Source: Dimorphilus gyrociliatus
Taxonomy: Eukaryota; Animalia; Annelida
Length of the DNA stretch: 64,000 nt
NCBI GenBank assembly: GCA_904063045.1
Contig: CAJFCJ010000019.1
Span: forward strand, 620,001-684,000
Direction of reading: 5' to 3'
Positions 1 through 12,520 of this stretch are shown here, one piece after another. Within the stretch, counting starts at the first letter, position 1. Each line of letters begins with the position of its first letter. Made by a program: the position numbers and the translations under genes. Under the pieces are notes generated by a model that made no database searches, was not told the DNA's origin, and was given only the letters and a program-made list of their open reading frames with translations.

Positions 1-3000
1 GATAGTTTGGCTCCGGCCTTCAAGCTTGAATGGGAGTCCTGTCGACTGATGTCAAGTGGGACACCATCGCCTAAATGGATTATGTCAGCATTGTCATATT
101 CTTCCGATTTACTATCCGTTCTTTCAACCGCAGCAGTCGCTCTTCCATGTCAACGAATAGCATGAAATTATTCGCTCTAACTAACTATACATAATATATA
201 TATTTTATATAAAATAAATACCCTTTTTCGGCTTTTAGCTCCACTTTAATGGATGTGTTGGGAAAACACTGATCTTCATTTTCGGACGAGGTGTCATAAG
301 ACCCATTATTATCACCATCATTATCACCCTCGCTATCATCATTATCACCATTATCATCATCATCCATATTTAGCTCCTCCTCATTTTTATTTTCTGAATC
401 AGTCTTATTCTTTTCACTGATTCCCAATTCTTCGTCTTCTTCCTCTAGAACTCTTACTTTACGTTCTCCTCTATGCCTTTCAATACAATCGTCATCCAAT
501 TTAAATAAGAACCCGAAACCATAAATAAGATAAGACGGGGGTAAGTAATTTTTTTTCCCTAATGAAATAAGCATAAATAATGAACGTATAGAAAGCTAAC
601 TAAGGACCATACCTCTAATCATGAAAGCCCCAGTTGACAAATATTCCCCTGTAGGAGCTGTTTTAGAAACTTGACTAGGATTCACCCACCAAGCGCTAGT
701 TACTACTTTAGAATCCCAGGCGGCACTCTACAAACAAATAACTTGCTTTAAAATAAATAACAATCGAAAAGGAACAACGTTAAAAAAGAGAAAAATCTCA
801 TTGTACATTGCATATGGCCATTGTACCGGCCTCATTTAAGGTCTTCGGTGGAACCGGCATCTCATTTCCCATATGATTTTTTATAATGACACTACAAGCC
901 CCGTGTAGATCGGCATGCACATAGACATCTTTCGACCGCATATATCTTTTAACTATCATTTCATTTTGCTGAGAGTCTCTGCCGCCTATTACAAGATAAT
1001 TCTCGGAACTAATAAACCAGAGGAACTTCTCAAACCTAATTTACGAGCAAAAGCCAGAAATTATTAATGTCTTAAGAAAAGATATAATAAAATATCGGCA
1101 AAATGTGCATACCAATAAACTTTTCGGGCTTTATTAATAGAGGCTATTTTTGAGGCTTCCTTTAAAGTTTCTTTCGTTTTCTTTTCGGCATTTTTTAAAG
1201 CCTTGGATGAAGCCTCTATAGTCTTTTTTTCTTTTAACGAAGCTTGCCGTTTTTCGTCGTAGTATTTCCTGGCATTGGCAAAAGTAGTTAAACCTAAATC
1301 GATTTCAACTTTTTGAGGTTTCAAGCTGGGATTTTTTTCATAGTCATCCTCATTAAGAGAAGGTTCCCTATTATTAATAATAATAAGAAACCAATATACT
1401 TCAAAATTTAATTAACAATAATGGTCATTTCATCTACTTACGAAAGTAAAAGAGTTATATGATTTCTATCAAGGTTCAGTTGCTTTATTGCTAGTGCGAT
1501 TGTATCTCCTTGTTTTTGCGCTTCTTTCACAAGGCGTTCTATTTCATCCCAAGCAATTTGATTAGCTAATGCGCTTTGAACAATCATAATAGCCTTTTCA
1601 ACTAATTCTAAATTTATCTGAATCAATTCTGCTTTTCTTTGATCAATTTCTTGTGTTTTTTGCAAATTATCTATCCGTTTTTCATGATCTTTTTTAACAT
1701 TGCTCAATTTCTTTAAAGCAGCTTTCTCTTGTTGCAGTGCCTTAATATCTAATTTTTGACTTTCACTTTTTGAGAAGAATTCATCACATGCCTAAATTTT
1801 TAATTAATAAGTATTATGTATTGTATATATAAGATATATATGTCTGAATAATTTATAGAAATAACAACCTTGTCGAAGGAATCAAATTCAATTTGGGAAT
1901 TTTTTTCGTGTTGTTTAAACTTGAATGGATGAAATTCATTATATCTATTCAAAAAGATTACAAAAAAATATATAAAACGCTTTTGATTTGATATATATAT
2001 TAGCAAATATTTAATGAAAAAAAATAGAATTATAAAGGCAAAAGAATTTACGTTATTAATTGATCGTCTCCACCTGTCACTCTTTTTTCAAATTTTTGAG
2101 TAATGTAACCCTATAGGGAGATAGAAATGAAATTATCAAGTTTGCTAAAGATGCAATTGAATATGTCATTTCGATACCTTACACGGTTGACAAGTCTCTC
2201 TAAACAGTTTGTCACATATTCGCAGTGCATCTTGCAATAAAGATGTGTCTGTGTGTGGCAAACAATAAGAATAGTCTTAAAAATATGCCTAGAGCAGGGA
2301 TATTACCATTGAAGGTTTTGCCTATTTTCTGATATGGATCCAATCCGCATTCCAGTAGAGAATGTTCTATTAAAGCCGGCCCATAAACTGATAGATTAGC
2401 ATGAAGATAGATCACTTTGAAAAAGAGAAAAGAATGATAAAAGAAGGAATACCTAATTGAGGTATTAGAACTTTCTTCAGTGGATCTCCTTCTTTACTGT
2501 TAGCTAGAATTTCTGCAATACTGTAAAAAGTTGACATATGAAATTGAAAGCAGAAATCAGTGCATATTTATTGAATACTTTGGGTCAGCACCAGAGCTTT
2601 TAGCAAGATCTATTGGATATTTTTCTCGAACAGCATATTTAACATCTTGACATTCGTCCGTCCTCGGTCTCAGAATATTCATGATTACGTATTCAAAATC
2701 CGTTAGAATAATATTTCCCTAATTGACATACTTAATTGATCAGGCATTTAACTTATTATTAAATTAGTTTACCCTGTCGTATAATTCTAATATAATGTGA
2801 TAGGCGGCTTCACCGGAACCGAACTGCAAATCTATTATTCTATCCAAACCAATTTGTTCTATTACTTCAAGACGCCTGCCTTTCAAGTGTTTACGCAGCT
2901 AGAGATATTACAAAATATGAGCAAAAAAAGAAGGACAAAGACAGATGTAACAAATTTAAATGCAATATATTATTTCTCCTAACTTTTACAGAGAATCCTG

Positions 3001-3374
3001 ACGGCATTGGGTTTTTCGGCCATTCAAATTCTGTACTATGTATCCGAATACCCGATTCAATTAAAATCACTGCTTTAGTGTCCGGCCTGCCATTTAGGAG
3101 TTGAATAACGAATAAGAATAAATATTTTCAAGAAAATTTAAAAAACGCACTTGGCCAATTTAATCAAGTAGATCTTGTGGTCGACATCGTATATGTTGTT
3201 GACTCGTAAACCTATGAATCTATGGATTTATGGGAAATTAATTAAGCTATCTATGGACCGACGAAATAAAAGTAACACGCGGAATATAACAAATTTTACT
3301 TAAATTACAACTTTGTACCTTTGTAATTCTGCTAAAACCGCTCTAATGTCGAGTGTACTGAATCTACTCTTCAT
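1..3374 (-). CDS. NEMF: Nuclear export mediator factor / ribosome quality control subunit NEMF (Rqc2/SDCCAG1), multi-exon, 3' part runs off the window start
   Basis: ATG at 3374: [19 protein letters not shown], then exon [22 protein letters not shown], matching the recalled NEMF N-terminus. Internal exons in the ORF track include [23 protein letters not shown]...KVYW and [17 protein letters not shown] introns. Confidence 0.95.
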
Positions 3375-4141
3375 CTTGAATTTAAAATATCAGTTAAAAT
3401 TGCTTTTTGTTTTTTCAATTTTTAATAATAACTGATTACTTCAAATATACGCCACTACAACATGTTATGAAATAGTATATGCCATCTACCGTACAAATTA
3501 TTATTACAATATCGTTGATAACTTTATGACTCTCTTGTGATCTAATAGTAAAGTAGCTTGAGATAATTTATTGTCATATTTTTATTTATGATTAAAAATA
3601 GGTTAAAACAAACTAGACATTTCTATATTAAACATCTACGACAAATATTCATAAGAAAAAATATATAATGGGAATATAGCTTGTTATACCTCAATGATGA
3701 TACCAAATTTTAATAATTGCTTTTGAGTTACAACTTCAAAAAACACCCACGATCTACTAGATACCTAGTTTCCTTACAAGTGGCAAATTATAGGTAAGAT
3801 TTGTAATGTTACATGTCTGATTAATCACAGCAAATAAGAAATAGAAAAATACTAACCAAAGACGTAGATTTGTGGTAGGAGGAGGTTACAGTTGAGGTTG
3901 GGGGTAAGAGAGTGTGGAAAATCTATATATCTCTTTAATTTTAAAAAGTTAGCTAATTCGATTATTTACTTATTTAATTTTATATTAGGTATTTCAATCA
4001 GTTTAGCTTTTAAGAGGAGAATTTAAGTCATCTAACAATGATTTATCTTCTCTTTGATTTATAATTGGTCTTTACGATATTTAGTAACATTTGAAGGCTT
4101 CTTTCTCTCTTTTTATTCTTTTCTCCTCTCTTATTCATTCA

Positions 4142-4199
4142 CTCTCTCTCCTCTCCATCTCTCTCTCTCTCTCCCCATACGTTCTCACTCTCTTTCATT

Positions 4200-4230
<31 letters not shown>

Positions 4231-4231
4231 C
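4142..4231. repeat. (CT)n-rich microsatellite / pyrimidine tract
   Basis: Directly visible ctctct runs. It explains the spurious ORF 4054..4260. Confidence 0.9.
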
Positions 4232-4914
4232 ACTTAAAAGTGCTTTTGTTAAAATATTAAACTACTAAAAAACATTTCTATGAAATGATAAAGGTAGAAT
4301 GAAATTAAAAGCGTTTTCCTAATAACGAAAAGAGTTGGTTGGCGATTAATGCTAACAAGAATATGATCTATGGAAAATAGGACTACACATGCAAAGATTG
4401 AAGATTTTACAGTATGAATCTATCGAGATGAGAGGATAGCGGAGCGTGTTACGGAGAGAACAAAGAGCAAGGATAAAGATGAAATAGCATAGACAAAAGA
4501 GCACAAAATGGTCATGAATTGCAACTACTTGCGGATTTATTTTTATGATAAACCTTAAATACGTTTTTGGTACCTTTCAGCTAATTAGAAATATATCCCT
4601 AGGTGTTGTAAAACTTTTGATCCGATTCATGTTAGCCCTATATTTGTTGACACTTGACGATTGACATCTTCCGGCAATTACAAATGATATTTAGGAAAGA
4701 AACTTTTTAAAGTACGGAAAATACGCGAATTAATGACAGAGACCGAATAAGAATGGTAAATAGGAAAGCTAAACAAGAACCTAAAAATCAAATTTCATCT
4801 CTTAAGACAACCTTGGCCAAATTTGGTTAAAAGGGAAATAAAATACTAAAGAAGCTATCACTGATTAGCATTGAGAGTTTAATGGTAGATCAACGATGGA
4901 TACGTCCAAGGTAG

Positions 4915-5002
4915 TGACGCTACATAGCGCAACTGCTGACGTCGCTACGACTACAATTCTTTACATTTGCTTCCCTCCCTCGCTAGCTGTCACTTGGCAA
5001 AG
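4915..5002 (+). promoter_or_regulatory. Probable promoter and non-coding first exon of the neuropeptide gene, with CRE-like sites
   Basis: TGACG at 4915 and TGACGTCG at 4937-4944. Strong donor AAG|GTAAGA at 5002/5003, and acceptor TTTACAG at 5890 ten nt before the ATG (intron 5003..5890). Confidence 0.5.
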
Positions 5003-5900
5003 GTAAGATGCTTTCTTGATTAATAATCCTTCTTTTTTTATTATGAAAACTATAAAACTCTTTTTAAAAAATATTTGAATGGTACTTTTCATATATTAAG
5101 GTAATTTCAATAAGAAATATTAAAGTATATCTATATATACTCTATTAGATTTATATATAATATACCTATCTAGAAATTCTTTCAATATTTGCTTTTTATA
5201 CGAATTTAATTAAGCTTTTTCTATTTAAACTAATTAAACGATGAATAAACTTATTATAGAACCTTATATTGTTATTTATATTCGTTTGATTGTACCTCAT
5301 CAATTAATAATTCGAATAAAACGTATTGATTTCAATTATCTTTATTTCTTTATATATAAAAAAAAGACAGAGAACAAATTAATTTAAAAAAATGAAGAAT
5401 ATACAGATACTTTTTATATATTAACGAAATATTTCATAGATGAATATACAACTTATTTAACTAATCTTCCCTTATTTTTGAGGTAAATAGACATTACATA
5501 TTAATGTATAATTTTGTAGATATTGTTTTTACATTGAACATACTACTATTCTAAATAAGAAGGGCGTATTTATCGAATATACATTCTCAATTTCTATTGA
5601 ATAACACAAGCTAAAAATGGATATAGTAGAAATTAAAATTTATATAATTTATGGAAAGAGGTGTACATCTTCTATGATATAATGTAGGCGTCTAAAAAGC
5701 TGCACTCAAACCGAGTCATTTAGCCACATCAAGTATTACTCCAAATTGTGCTAAGAATTCCGTGTTTATTTTACAAAGTCACGTAAACACATTTTTGAAG
5801 ATATATATCTTTCTTCCTTATCTTCTCCTTAGTAAGAATCTAATGGGCATAGCAACAATTGATAATGAAGTCATAATGTTACATTTACAGCTACATCAAC

Positions 5901-6170
5901 ATGAATCGTGTACTGATATTCTTCGCTCTGGCCGTGGCTTGTATTGTTGTTGTGGATAGCATGCCACGTTATAGAGCCGCTGAATTATTTGAACTCTATC
6001 CGGAGTTATATGAAGCTGTATATGGGCCAGCTTTAAATAATGTTAAGAGGCGTTTACACGGAGGTCCTTTACCAGTGGCAACTCGTTTAGCTGGAGGTTT
6101 TGGGAACAAAATCGAAGGTGACCGCAATCAAGCACCAGATTTCAAGGGCATGAGATTTGGCCGAAAATAG
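5901..6170 (+). CDS. Neuropeptide precursor, NKY (neuropeptide KY / sNPF-PrRP-related) type, single amidated peptide ending KGMRF-amide
   Basis: Signal peptide MNRVLIFFALAVACIVVVDS, KRR cleavage site, peptide LHGGPLPVATRLAGGFGNKIEGDRNQAPDFKGMRF, amidation signal G-RK-stop. GGPLPVxTRL...KxMR(Y/F)a resembles annelid NKY as I recall it. AATAAA at 6215. Confidence 0.85.
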   Translation: MNRVLIFFALAVACIVVVDSMPRYRAAELFELYPELYEAVYGPALNNVKRRLHGGPLPVATRLAGGFGNKIEGDRNQAPDFKGMRFGRK

Positions 6171-6391
6171 AGCTATATGTCATTGTTTTAAATAATTATA
6201 ACGAATTATTAATGAATAAACTGATTCTATTAAATTCGTAGAAAAAAAAACTCATTTTTCCATTTAAGTTTTGGCGCCTATCGAATATTGTTCTATTCAG
6301 GGAGACTGTAGATTTAGTAATACGTGGAAAATTATATAATTAGCCGATACCCGATATAAACTGTGATATATCAATAATTTCACAAATAAAA

Positions 6392-6942
6392 ATGACTACC
6401 ATTGTTGGTCAGGTTAGTACAGTTGTTTTTATAAATATGCCAATTAATTTAACTGGATTACTAAAATATGTAGTGAACGATAATAGAGGGAAAAGTGTAA
6501 AGATTTTTTTATTAATAAATTTCACAGATAGAGACAGTCAATGCCACAATCGCAGAATATGAAAATCGACTTGAAAATATAGAAAATAAGTTAAGGTCCA
6601 GAAGAGGTTTGGATGAAAAAAAATGGTACTTTTATAAATATTTACAATAAACCAAAATATTTATTTCAAAAACTGTTGCTAAAATGATGATCTCGTTGAT
6701 TTTTTTTAGTCTTCAGTTAGAAGAGGAAGAAAGCGAGTTGATAAAATTAATTAAATTGAAAAGTGAGTCTTTATAAACACTAAACTCCTCTCCTATGAAA
6801 TTTTACGCTATTAACATAAACAATTTTTCCTGCAGATGATGAACTACGTTGTTTAAGAAAAGAAAACTTTAAATCCTCAATTTTATCTATTAGTGTATTG
6901 ATTGTTTTTGGAACCATATACTGGCTTTATACTACTAGTTAA
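6392..6942 (+). CDS. CCDC167: Coiled-coil domain-containing protein 167 (tail-anchored), 4 exons: 6392-6412, 6528-6625, 6710-6762, 6836-6942
   Basis: Spliced product MTTIVGQIETVNATIAEYENRLENIENKLRSRRGLDEKKCLQLEEEESELIKLIKLKNDELRCLRKENFKSSILSISVLIVFGTIYWLYTTS*. Coiled coil, ELxxLRxEN motif and C-terminal TM as in CCDC167. All junctions are GT-AG and in frame. Not in the ORF track. Confidence 0.8.
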
Positions 6943-8529
6943 TTATTTGGGAGGAGGGAAATAGTATTATAAAATTAATAAATAAAATGTTTATACAGAC
7001 GGTAGATGGCATTCCGTATCCAATTTTAGTAAAAGAATATTTTTTTACTATCGTAGTAAGATTTAAAGACGGATCTTGTATAAACGTGAGAAAATGACGA
7101 TGACTTGTCGAAAATAAAAGTATTTAGCGTGATGATTACAAGCAATGTCGAAAAGATTCCGGAGGGAGAGAATGAAAATGGAAAAATAGATATTCCTGCA
7201 CGAAACGCTTCTATTATGCGGTGACGCTTATAAAGAGTAGCCAGTTGATTATGTGACTATGCATAACTGTGGTTGCCCAATAATTGCTACTGTCAATTTC
7301 GAATCGGTTTCGGTGAATGAGGCTCAACGATGCGACGCCGTAGGTTATAGACCGTATAGGCCTATATTTATATAAGACTATATTTTACGTATTGACTCTG
7401 ACTTGACAAAAGCAAACAGACTTATGACTCTATATATATATAGGCACGCCCCTGTAAATATTTCATAAACTGGGATAAAAGACGATTCGCGCCATAAGTA
7501 ATTTTTACGAGCAAAACAGTCAAATCTGCTGGATGAAATAATTAGACTAATAATTCACGGTAAGAACGCTATATTAGCCAACTGCACTCATTTGGAGAAC
7601 ATTTATTAATGTTACTACATACGATAAGTGTAAATACATATGGTATATAGGATTAAAAAACAACTGTATACAAACTGCATGTATAAATACATTGAAGGAG
7701 AATTTGGGCGCGAACAGAATACAAAAAGTAGAGCAAACTACTGAGAAAACTGGAGGCGAAAGAGTTTTTACACTGATTATGTTTATACAGAGCAGTACAG
7801 CAAAGTTTTGCGGGGCTTGCCGATTTTATAAAACTAGCGCCTATATATACGAGTCTTGTTTTTCTTCAATTTAGACGCCGCCGCAACGAGCGCATATATA
7901 AACGTGGCAGGGCGTCGTTGTCAAAATCGAATTATCTCGCGCTTGACTATAACGAGCTTCGCAGACGCTTCAAGCGTTTCTTTCTTCGCTTGACCTTTTG
8001 ACTGATGGCTGAGTCTTATCGAATATTTTCGGCTATTAGAGAAAAGTAGGGATAGGCTTTTCGTACATTTATTGATAAGTTCAGGTATAAAACATGAAAA
8101 ATATTAGAAAATAGAGCTTTTTAACTGATGAATAAATCGTTTAACTTTCGTTTTTAATACGCCTATATGCACTCATTAAATTCGGCGCGTCTTTTCCAAT
8201 AAAGGGCTGCTGTAGCGCCCCCTGTACCCGTGCCAATAGCTGCACTTTTTGCTATTGCAGACCCGATTGCTGTATAGCGGCGGCCGTATAGCAGATGAAC
8301 GAGATAGCAAGAGCAGGAGTACAACATTTTCTAGCCAGTCTTGCGGCGCATTGATTCGTCATTTATCTTTTTCCATATCTTCCGCTCTGGAGCACTGAAC
8401 CGTCTCGAATTAATCTTCTTCGACGGCGTTTAATTTCGAGGGAGACGCCATCTAACGGACGTTTCTAATATCGGAATCGATCTATAACCAAAGTGGCCCG
8501 GACAGAGCGGCGATGCGACAACGATCAGC

Positions 8530-9762
8530 ATGTATAACAATTCGAAGCCGGAAGTTGTTCCGAAAAAAGTCGTGTCTTTTCCAGTGCCCGATTTATTACC
8601 GGAACGCTCATATGCAACCTACGGCAAGGACTCAGATTTTCCAGCACCACCACCTACCCAACTGGTCATGAATAAAGAAACAGACAGGGATAGCGGAATT
8701 TACGTACAGTTTAGTCCGCCAACAGCGGCAGCGCCAGCCCAAAATACCTCCCAAGTAGATCCTGCCGCCCTGGTGGAGGAGAAAATCCGAAGTGGCCTTC
8801 ACCCTTGCCATCCAGAATTGTTGACCATATTCCTGCAAAATCTACATATGTCAAACTATGTGTCTTTATTCGTTCAGGCAGGCTATGATTTGGCCACCGT
8901 CTCGAAAATGACGCCGGCCGATCTAAGCGCTATCGGAATTCGAAATCCGAGTCACCGGAAGAGGCTTAAGACGGAGATCTCCCGACTTAAGATTCCCGAA
9001 TTACTACCCAATTTTTATCCACCGTCTCTAAGCGTTCTACTGCAACTTCTCTGCCTACCGCATCTGGAACCAGTTCTCAATTCTCACGGCTATAAAACAA
9101 TTTCTAGCTTACTCGAGTTAACTTGGGAAGACCTCGAGGAGGTCGGAGTTACAAAGTTAGGCGAACAGAAGAAGTTAGTAGTGGCCGTCGACAAACTGCG
9201 CAAACTCGATTCCTCGCCTCATTCGACACACAATCAAGCGAATTATCCACCCTCTCCGGACGTCGTTGCTATTCAAGTATCGGAAGCGCCATCTGGTGTC
9301 GAATCAAGCCACAATCGAATTGGTTATTCCGGTTCGTTAACTAGGCGTTCAGTATCGACATTTACGAGCTCGGACGCTTTGATAACTCGCCAAAAAACAC
9401 CTCCTCCTCCGCCCCCCAAAAGGGTAAACAGCGTTAAGGCGTCGGCTTCCCCGTCACTAAAACCAAAGCCAATTTATCCACCAAAGCCGCCATCTCCTGC
9501 TCCAAAGCCGAAAATGACACCTCGAGTCGTTAGCTCATCAACCGATGTTCCTCGGCTAGAGGCGCATAACGCTGCCGTAACAAGGAGGCAGGCATCAGAC
9601 GACAGTACAAGTTCGTCTAATGAGGGATTACATTTCGCCAATGAAGACGTGGGTACAATTAGACAGAAATCGTCTAATCCAAATGTTTTGAATGAACTAG
9701 ATACAATGCTTCAAGGTCTTACAGATGAACTGGATGCAATTTTGAAAAAACAATTCAAGTAG
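8530..9762 (+). CDS. Caskin-like tandem SAM domain scaffold protein, intronless CDS
   Basis: Two SAM domains (FLQNLHMSNYVSLFVQAGYDL...IGIRNPSHRKRL; LLQLLCLPHLEPVLNSHGY...VGVTKLGEQKKL), a proline-rich region, and C-terminal LNELDTMLQGLTDELDAIL resembling the Caskin C-terminal helix. In-frame TAA at 8485 upstream. Confidence 0.8.
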   Translation: MYNNSKPEVVPKKVVSFPVPDLLPERSYATYGKDSDFPAPPPTQLVMNKETDRDSGIYVQFSPPTAAAPAQNTSQVDPAALVEEKIRSGLHPCHPELLTIFLQNLHMSNYVSLFVQAGYDLATVSKMTPADLSAIGIRNPSHRKRLKTEISRLKIPELLPNFYPPSLSVLLQLLCLPHLEPVLNSHGYKTISSLLELTWEDLEEVGVTKLGEQKKLVVAVDKLRKLDSSPHSTHNQANYPPSPDVVAIQVSEAPSGVESSHNRIGYSGSLTRRSVSTFTSSDALITRQKTPPPPPPKRVNSVKASASPSLKPKPIYPPKPPSPAPKPKMTPRVVSSSTDVPRLEAHNAAVTRRQASDDSTSSSNEGLHFANEDVGTIRQKSSNPNVLNELDTMLQGLTDELDAILKKQFK

Positions 9763-9889
9763 TTTTCTTTATAGATGGTGCTTAATTATCTATACAAAGT
9801 GTTTTACTCGCTAATCCTTATATAAATAAAAAAAACCTATGCAAGCTCTGTTTTCGTTATAAAAGAAACAAATTCAACTGTTGTGATTT

Positions 9890-11389
9890 TTAAACTACAC
9901 CTTTCTTCCTGGGGTTCTTCTTAGGTCTATGCACCTCTGCTGAGGTTATTAGAACACGTTTTTCAGAATCTGATTTTTTTACCATGACTGTTCTTCCACC
10001 AGAGCTAGTAAACTCAATAGAAGGTTTAAAATCTTCTTTTAATAAAGAAGCTAATTTGGAATGTTTCTTTTCCTGTTCAATTTTCAAAGAGATTTGTTTT
10101 TTTATAGGTTCTGGCGATGGAATAATAATTTCTTCAGTATCCGAATCACTATCAATTAATACTTCTACTTTCTCTTCAATTTTATTATTCGTATCATCAG
10201 TCTTAGCTTCATTTGATGTAATTTGTCTGTTTTCATCCTCAATCGTGCAAACACTATTAACAACACCCCTACTTTTAGTTGATTGATTGATTTCTTTACT
10301 TGTTTTTGTCGCAAAAATAGGTGGGTTCATTTCGTGTGGTTCAACTTTTTGTTCAGGTAGAAATCTTTCCATATACGTTTTAGCCAACTCGAAATCAAAG
10401 TCAAAACTTTCAGCAAGAAAACCAAATGTAAAATATCTAAATCTTGTTGAAAAGATTAGAAATAAGTAGAACTTTATGTTTGAATTGATACATTGGAACA
10501 TTATGTAGCAAATTTCCAAGTTTTGAAAGTAGTTTGAGTAATTTAGTATGTTATCTTCAAAAAAGCAATTGATATGAAATTTTATTGGAATATTCTCAGT
10601 CCAGACAGCAATTCTGTAACAAAGGAATGGAATCTCTGTAATTAATCTTAAAATTGAGACAATTGCTTGTAGTTTAACACTTCTTCCGTCTTTAAATTCC
10701 TCGGAATTTACTGAAATTAACGAACGGATTGACATAATTTTCACTTGTATAAATAGAGCCGAATTAACGGCTAGAATTAGCAACCATGGTATTAAAACAA
10801 AGATTATAACATAAGCGTATTTGTCGTAATATTGATAGCTCTGCTGATTATGTAGGTCAGTCGTGCATATAACTTCTCTTGATGAACCATCCTTAAAATC
10901 CATAACAACCACCCGAAATTGAAAATAATTTACAAAATGGAATACAACAACTACACCACTCACGGCGAATGCTAATTTAACGGCTTTCTTTACAGTGCTG
11001 TATCTGACGGACTTTTCAGCGTGTAATCCGAACATGTAACCGTCAACAGTTAGGGTGATTATTAAAGCAGACATAACAACTTGCAGACTTTGAGTTATAG
11101 GGAAGGCGTGGGCATAAAAGGTTGGAGATAGTGGAGATCGAGAACTAACTTGAGAATACTCCGAGGAGAGTAGCATTAACATTAGGATTGTATAGACAAT
11201 ATCGGCTAAACTCAAGAAAGTCATATAAACCGATGGAGGACTCTTCATCCGTTTTTGATTAAAGATGATTATCAACATCGAATTGCCTAATAGCCCAAAC
11301 GCAGCCAAACTTGGCATTAAAATACCAAATGCGATATGTTTAGAAGATCCAATTTCTTCTATCTCTCGAGTTTTTTCCGCTAAAGACAT
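9890..11389 (-). CDS. Rhodopsin-class peptide GPCR, FMRFamide/myosuppressin-receptor-like, intronless CDS
   Basis: Seven hydrophobic segments: GLLGN (TM1), LSLAD (TM2), TVDGY in place of DRY, IPWL (TM5), NSNIKFYLF (TM7). Long charged C-tail. First ATG at 11389. Confidence 0.8.
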   Translation of the reverse strand: MSLAEKTREIEEIGSSKHIAFGILMPSLAAFGLLGNSMLIIIFNQKRMKSPPSVYMTFLSLADIVYTILMLMLLSSEYSQVSSRSPLSPTFYAHAFPITQSLQVVMSALIITLTVDGYMFGLHAEKSVRYSTVKKAVKLAFAVSGVVVVFHFVNYFQFRVVVMDFKDGSSREVICTTDLHNQQSYQYYDKYAYVIIFVLIPWLLILAVNSALFIQVKIMSIRSLISVNSEEFKDGRSVKLQAIVSILRLITEIPFLCYRIAVWTENIPIKFHINCFFEDNILNYSNYFQNLEICYIMFQCINSNIKFYLFLIFSTRFRYFTFGFLAESFDFDFELAKTYMERFLPEQKVEPHEMNPPIFATKTSKEINQSTKSRGVVNSVCTIEDENRQITSNEAKTDDTNNKIEEKVEVLIDSDSDTEEIIIPSPEPIKKQISLKIEQEKKHSKLASLLKEDFKPSIEFTSSGGRTVMVKKSDSEKRVLITSAEVHRPKKNPRKKGVV

Positions 11390-12469
11390 TTTTATCTTCA
11401 AATGTAATTTCTTTTCTATTATATCTTTCTTCAATCGTATTCTTTGCTCTGTTTATCCTCTCTCCTAACTTAAAAATACTGAATAAACTGATTCACATTT
11501 TACACTGAATACAACATATGGATATCTGCATAAGTTGAGTCATAAACCCGCATTTTTAATGTTTCATATTGTTTAGACTTTATAAATACTATAAACAATT
11601 GGCTAAAATAGTACGTAAATAATTAATACGATATATTCGTTTTAAGTTGTACAAAATAACATAAAAGTACCAAAACGCAATTAATAAAGGGATTTTTTGT
11701 TTTCTTTTTTTTCTAGAGCTTAAATTGGTATTTTTTCAATAATAACGTGCCTGGCTATAAAATGTGTTCAGATAAGCCTAAATATGATGCATAAATACAT
11801 ACTGTGCACACATATATACAAACGTATATACATATATAAATACAGTGTATATAAATTTACATATACATACAGTATATACAAATAGTATAGGTATAACTAT
11901 AAAATTCACAGAGAAAAAGACTTTATACATGTGTTACATTCCGTCAATAAATAATGAAAGGAAAACCATTTTTATTTTTTTGGTGACTTTTTCTTAAATA
12001 AAAATTGATTTAAAGATTTTTTCTCTCTTTATTTTCTTTCTTTTTTTTTTTGTCGATATAGATCAGCAATGACTGGAAACGATGGTAGAACTGTATTAGA
12101 ATGCAGTCCAAGCACTTTTCCCAAGAGAAGCGTCACTTTCGAATTGATGATGAATCGTAAATAGAATAGAGGAAAATGTATTTTCTTTTTAATGTAGTTT
12201 ATTATTGTTTTAGACGTGTGTATAAAAAGTTACAATCATTACAATCTATTCAAGTCATGTAGCATGATAATTATAATAAATGAAGTATAAAAATAACTTA
12301 GTGAACCGAGAATATTTTGACAGTTGTAAAGAAAAAGAAAACAGTATAATTCTAAAAAACAAATTCTTGTTTAGTTTGTAAAGAGTCTACAGAGTCGATG
12401 AAAACAGACACTTCTTCTATCTGTTTTAATGCCTACTTGGTCTACTCGACGCAACTAAGAGAGAGGAAG

Positions 12470-12474
<5 letters not shown>

Positions 12475-12505
<31 letters not shown>

Positions 12506-12520
12506 TGATAGATAGATAGA
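12475..12520. repeat. (GATA)n tetranucleotide microsatellite
   Basis: About 11 GATA units with one GATT variant, directly visible. Confidence 0.95.

Noticed and set aside
8401-8448. Imperfect inverted repeat CGTCTCGAATTAA...TTAATTTCGAGGGAGACG upstream of the Caskin-like ORF
   Set aside because: A bulged 13-bp stem in a GC-rich 5' region. It is not miRNA-like in length and there is no other support.
5901-11389. Neuropeptide and nearby GPCR as a linked ligand-receptor pair
   Set aside because: NKY signals through sNPF/PrRP-type receptors, while this GPCR looks FMRFamide-receptor-like and degenerate. Proximity alone is not evidence in such a gene-dense genome.
12061-12165. GC-richer island with a GACTG/CAGTC stem and ATGA...AAA...GA (SECIS-like) plus a 31-codon ORF
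   Set aside because: The helix geometry does not fit a SECIS, no upstream UGA-containing ORF was found, and the ORF is too short to support.
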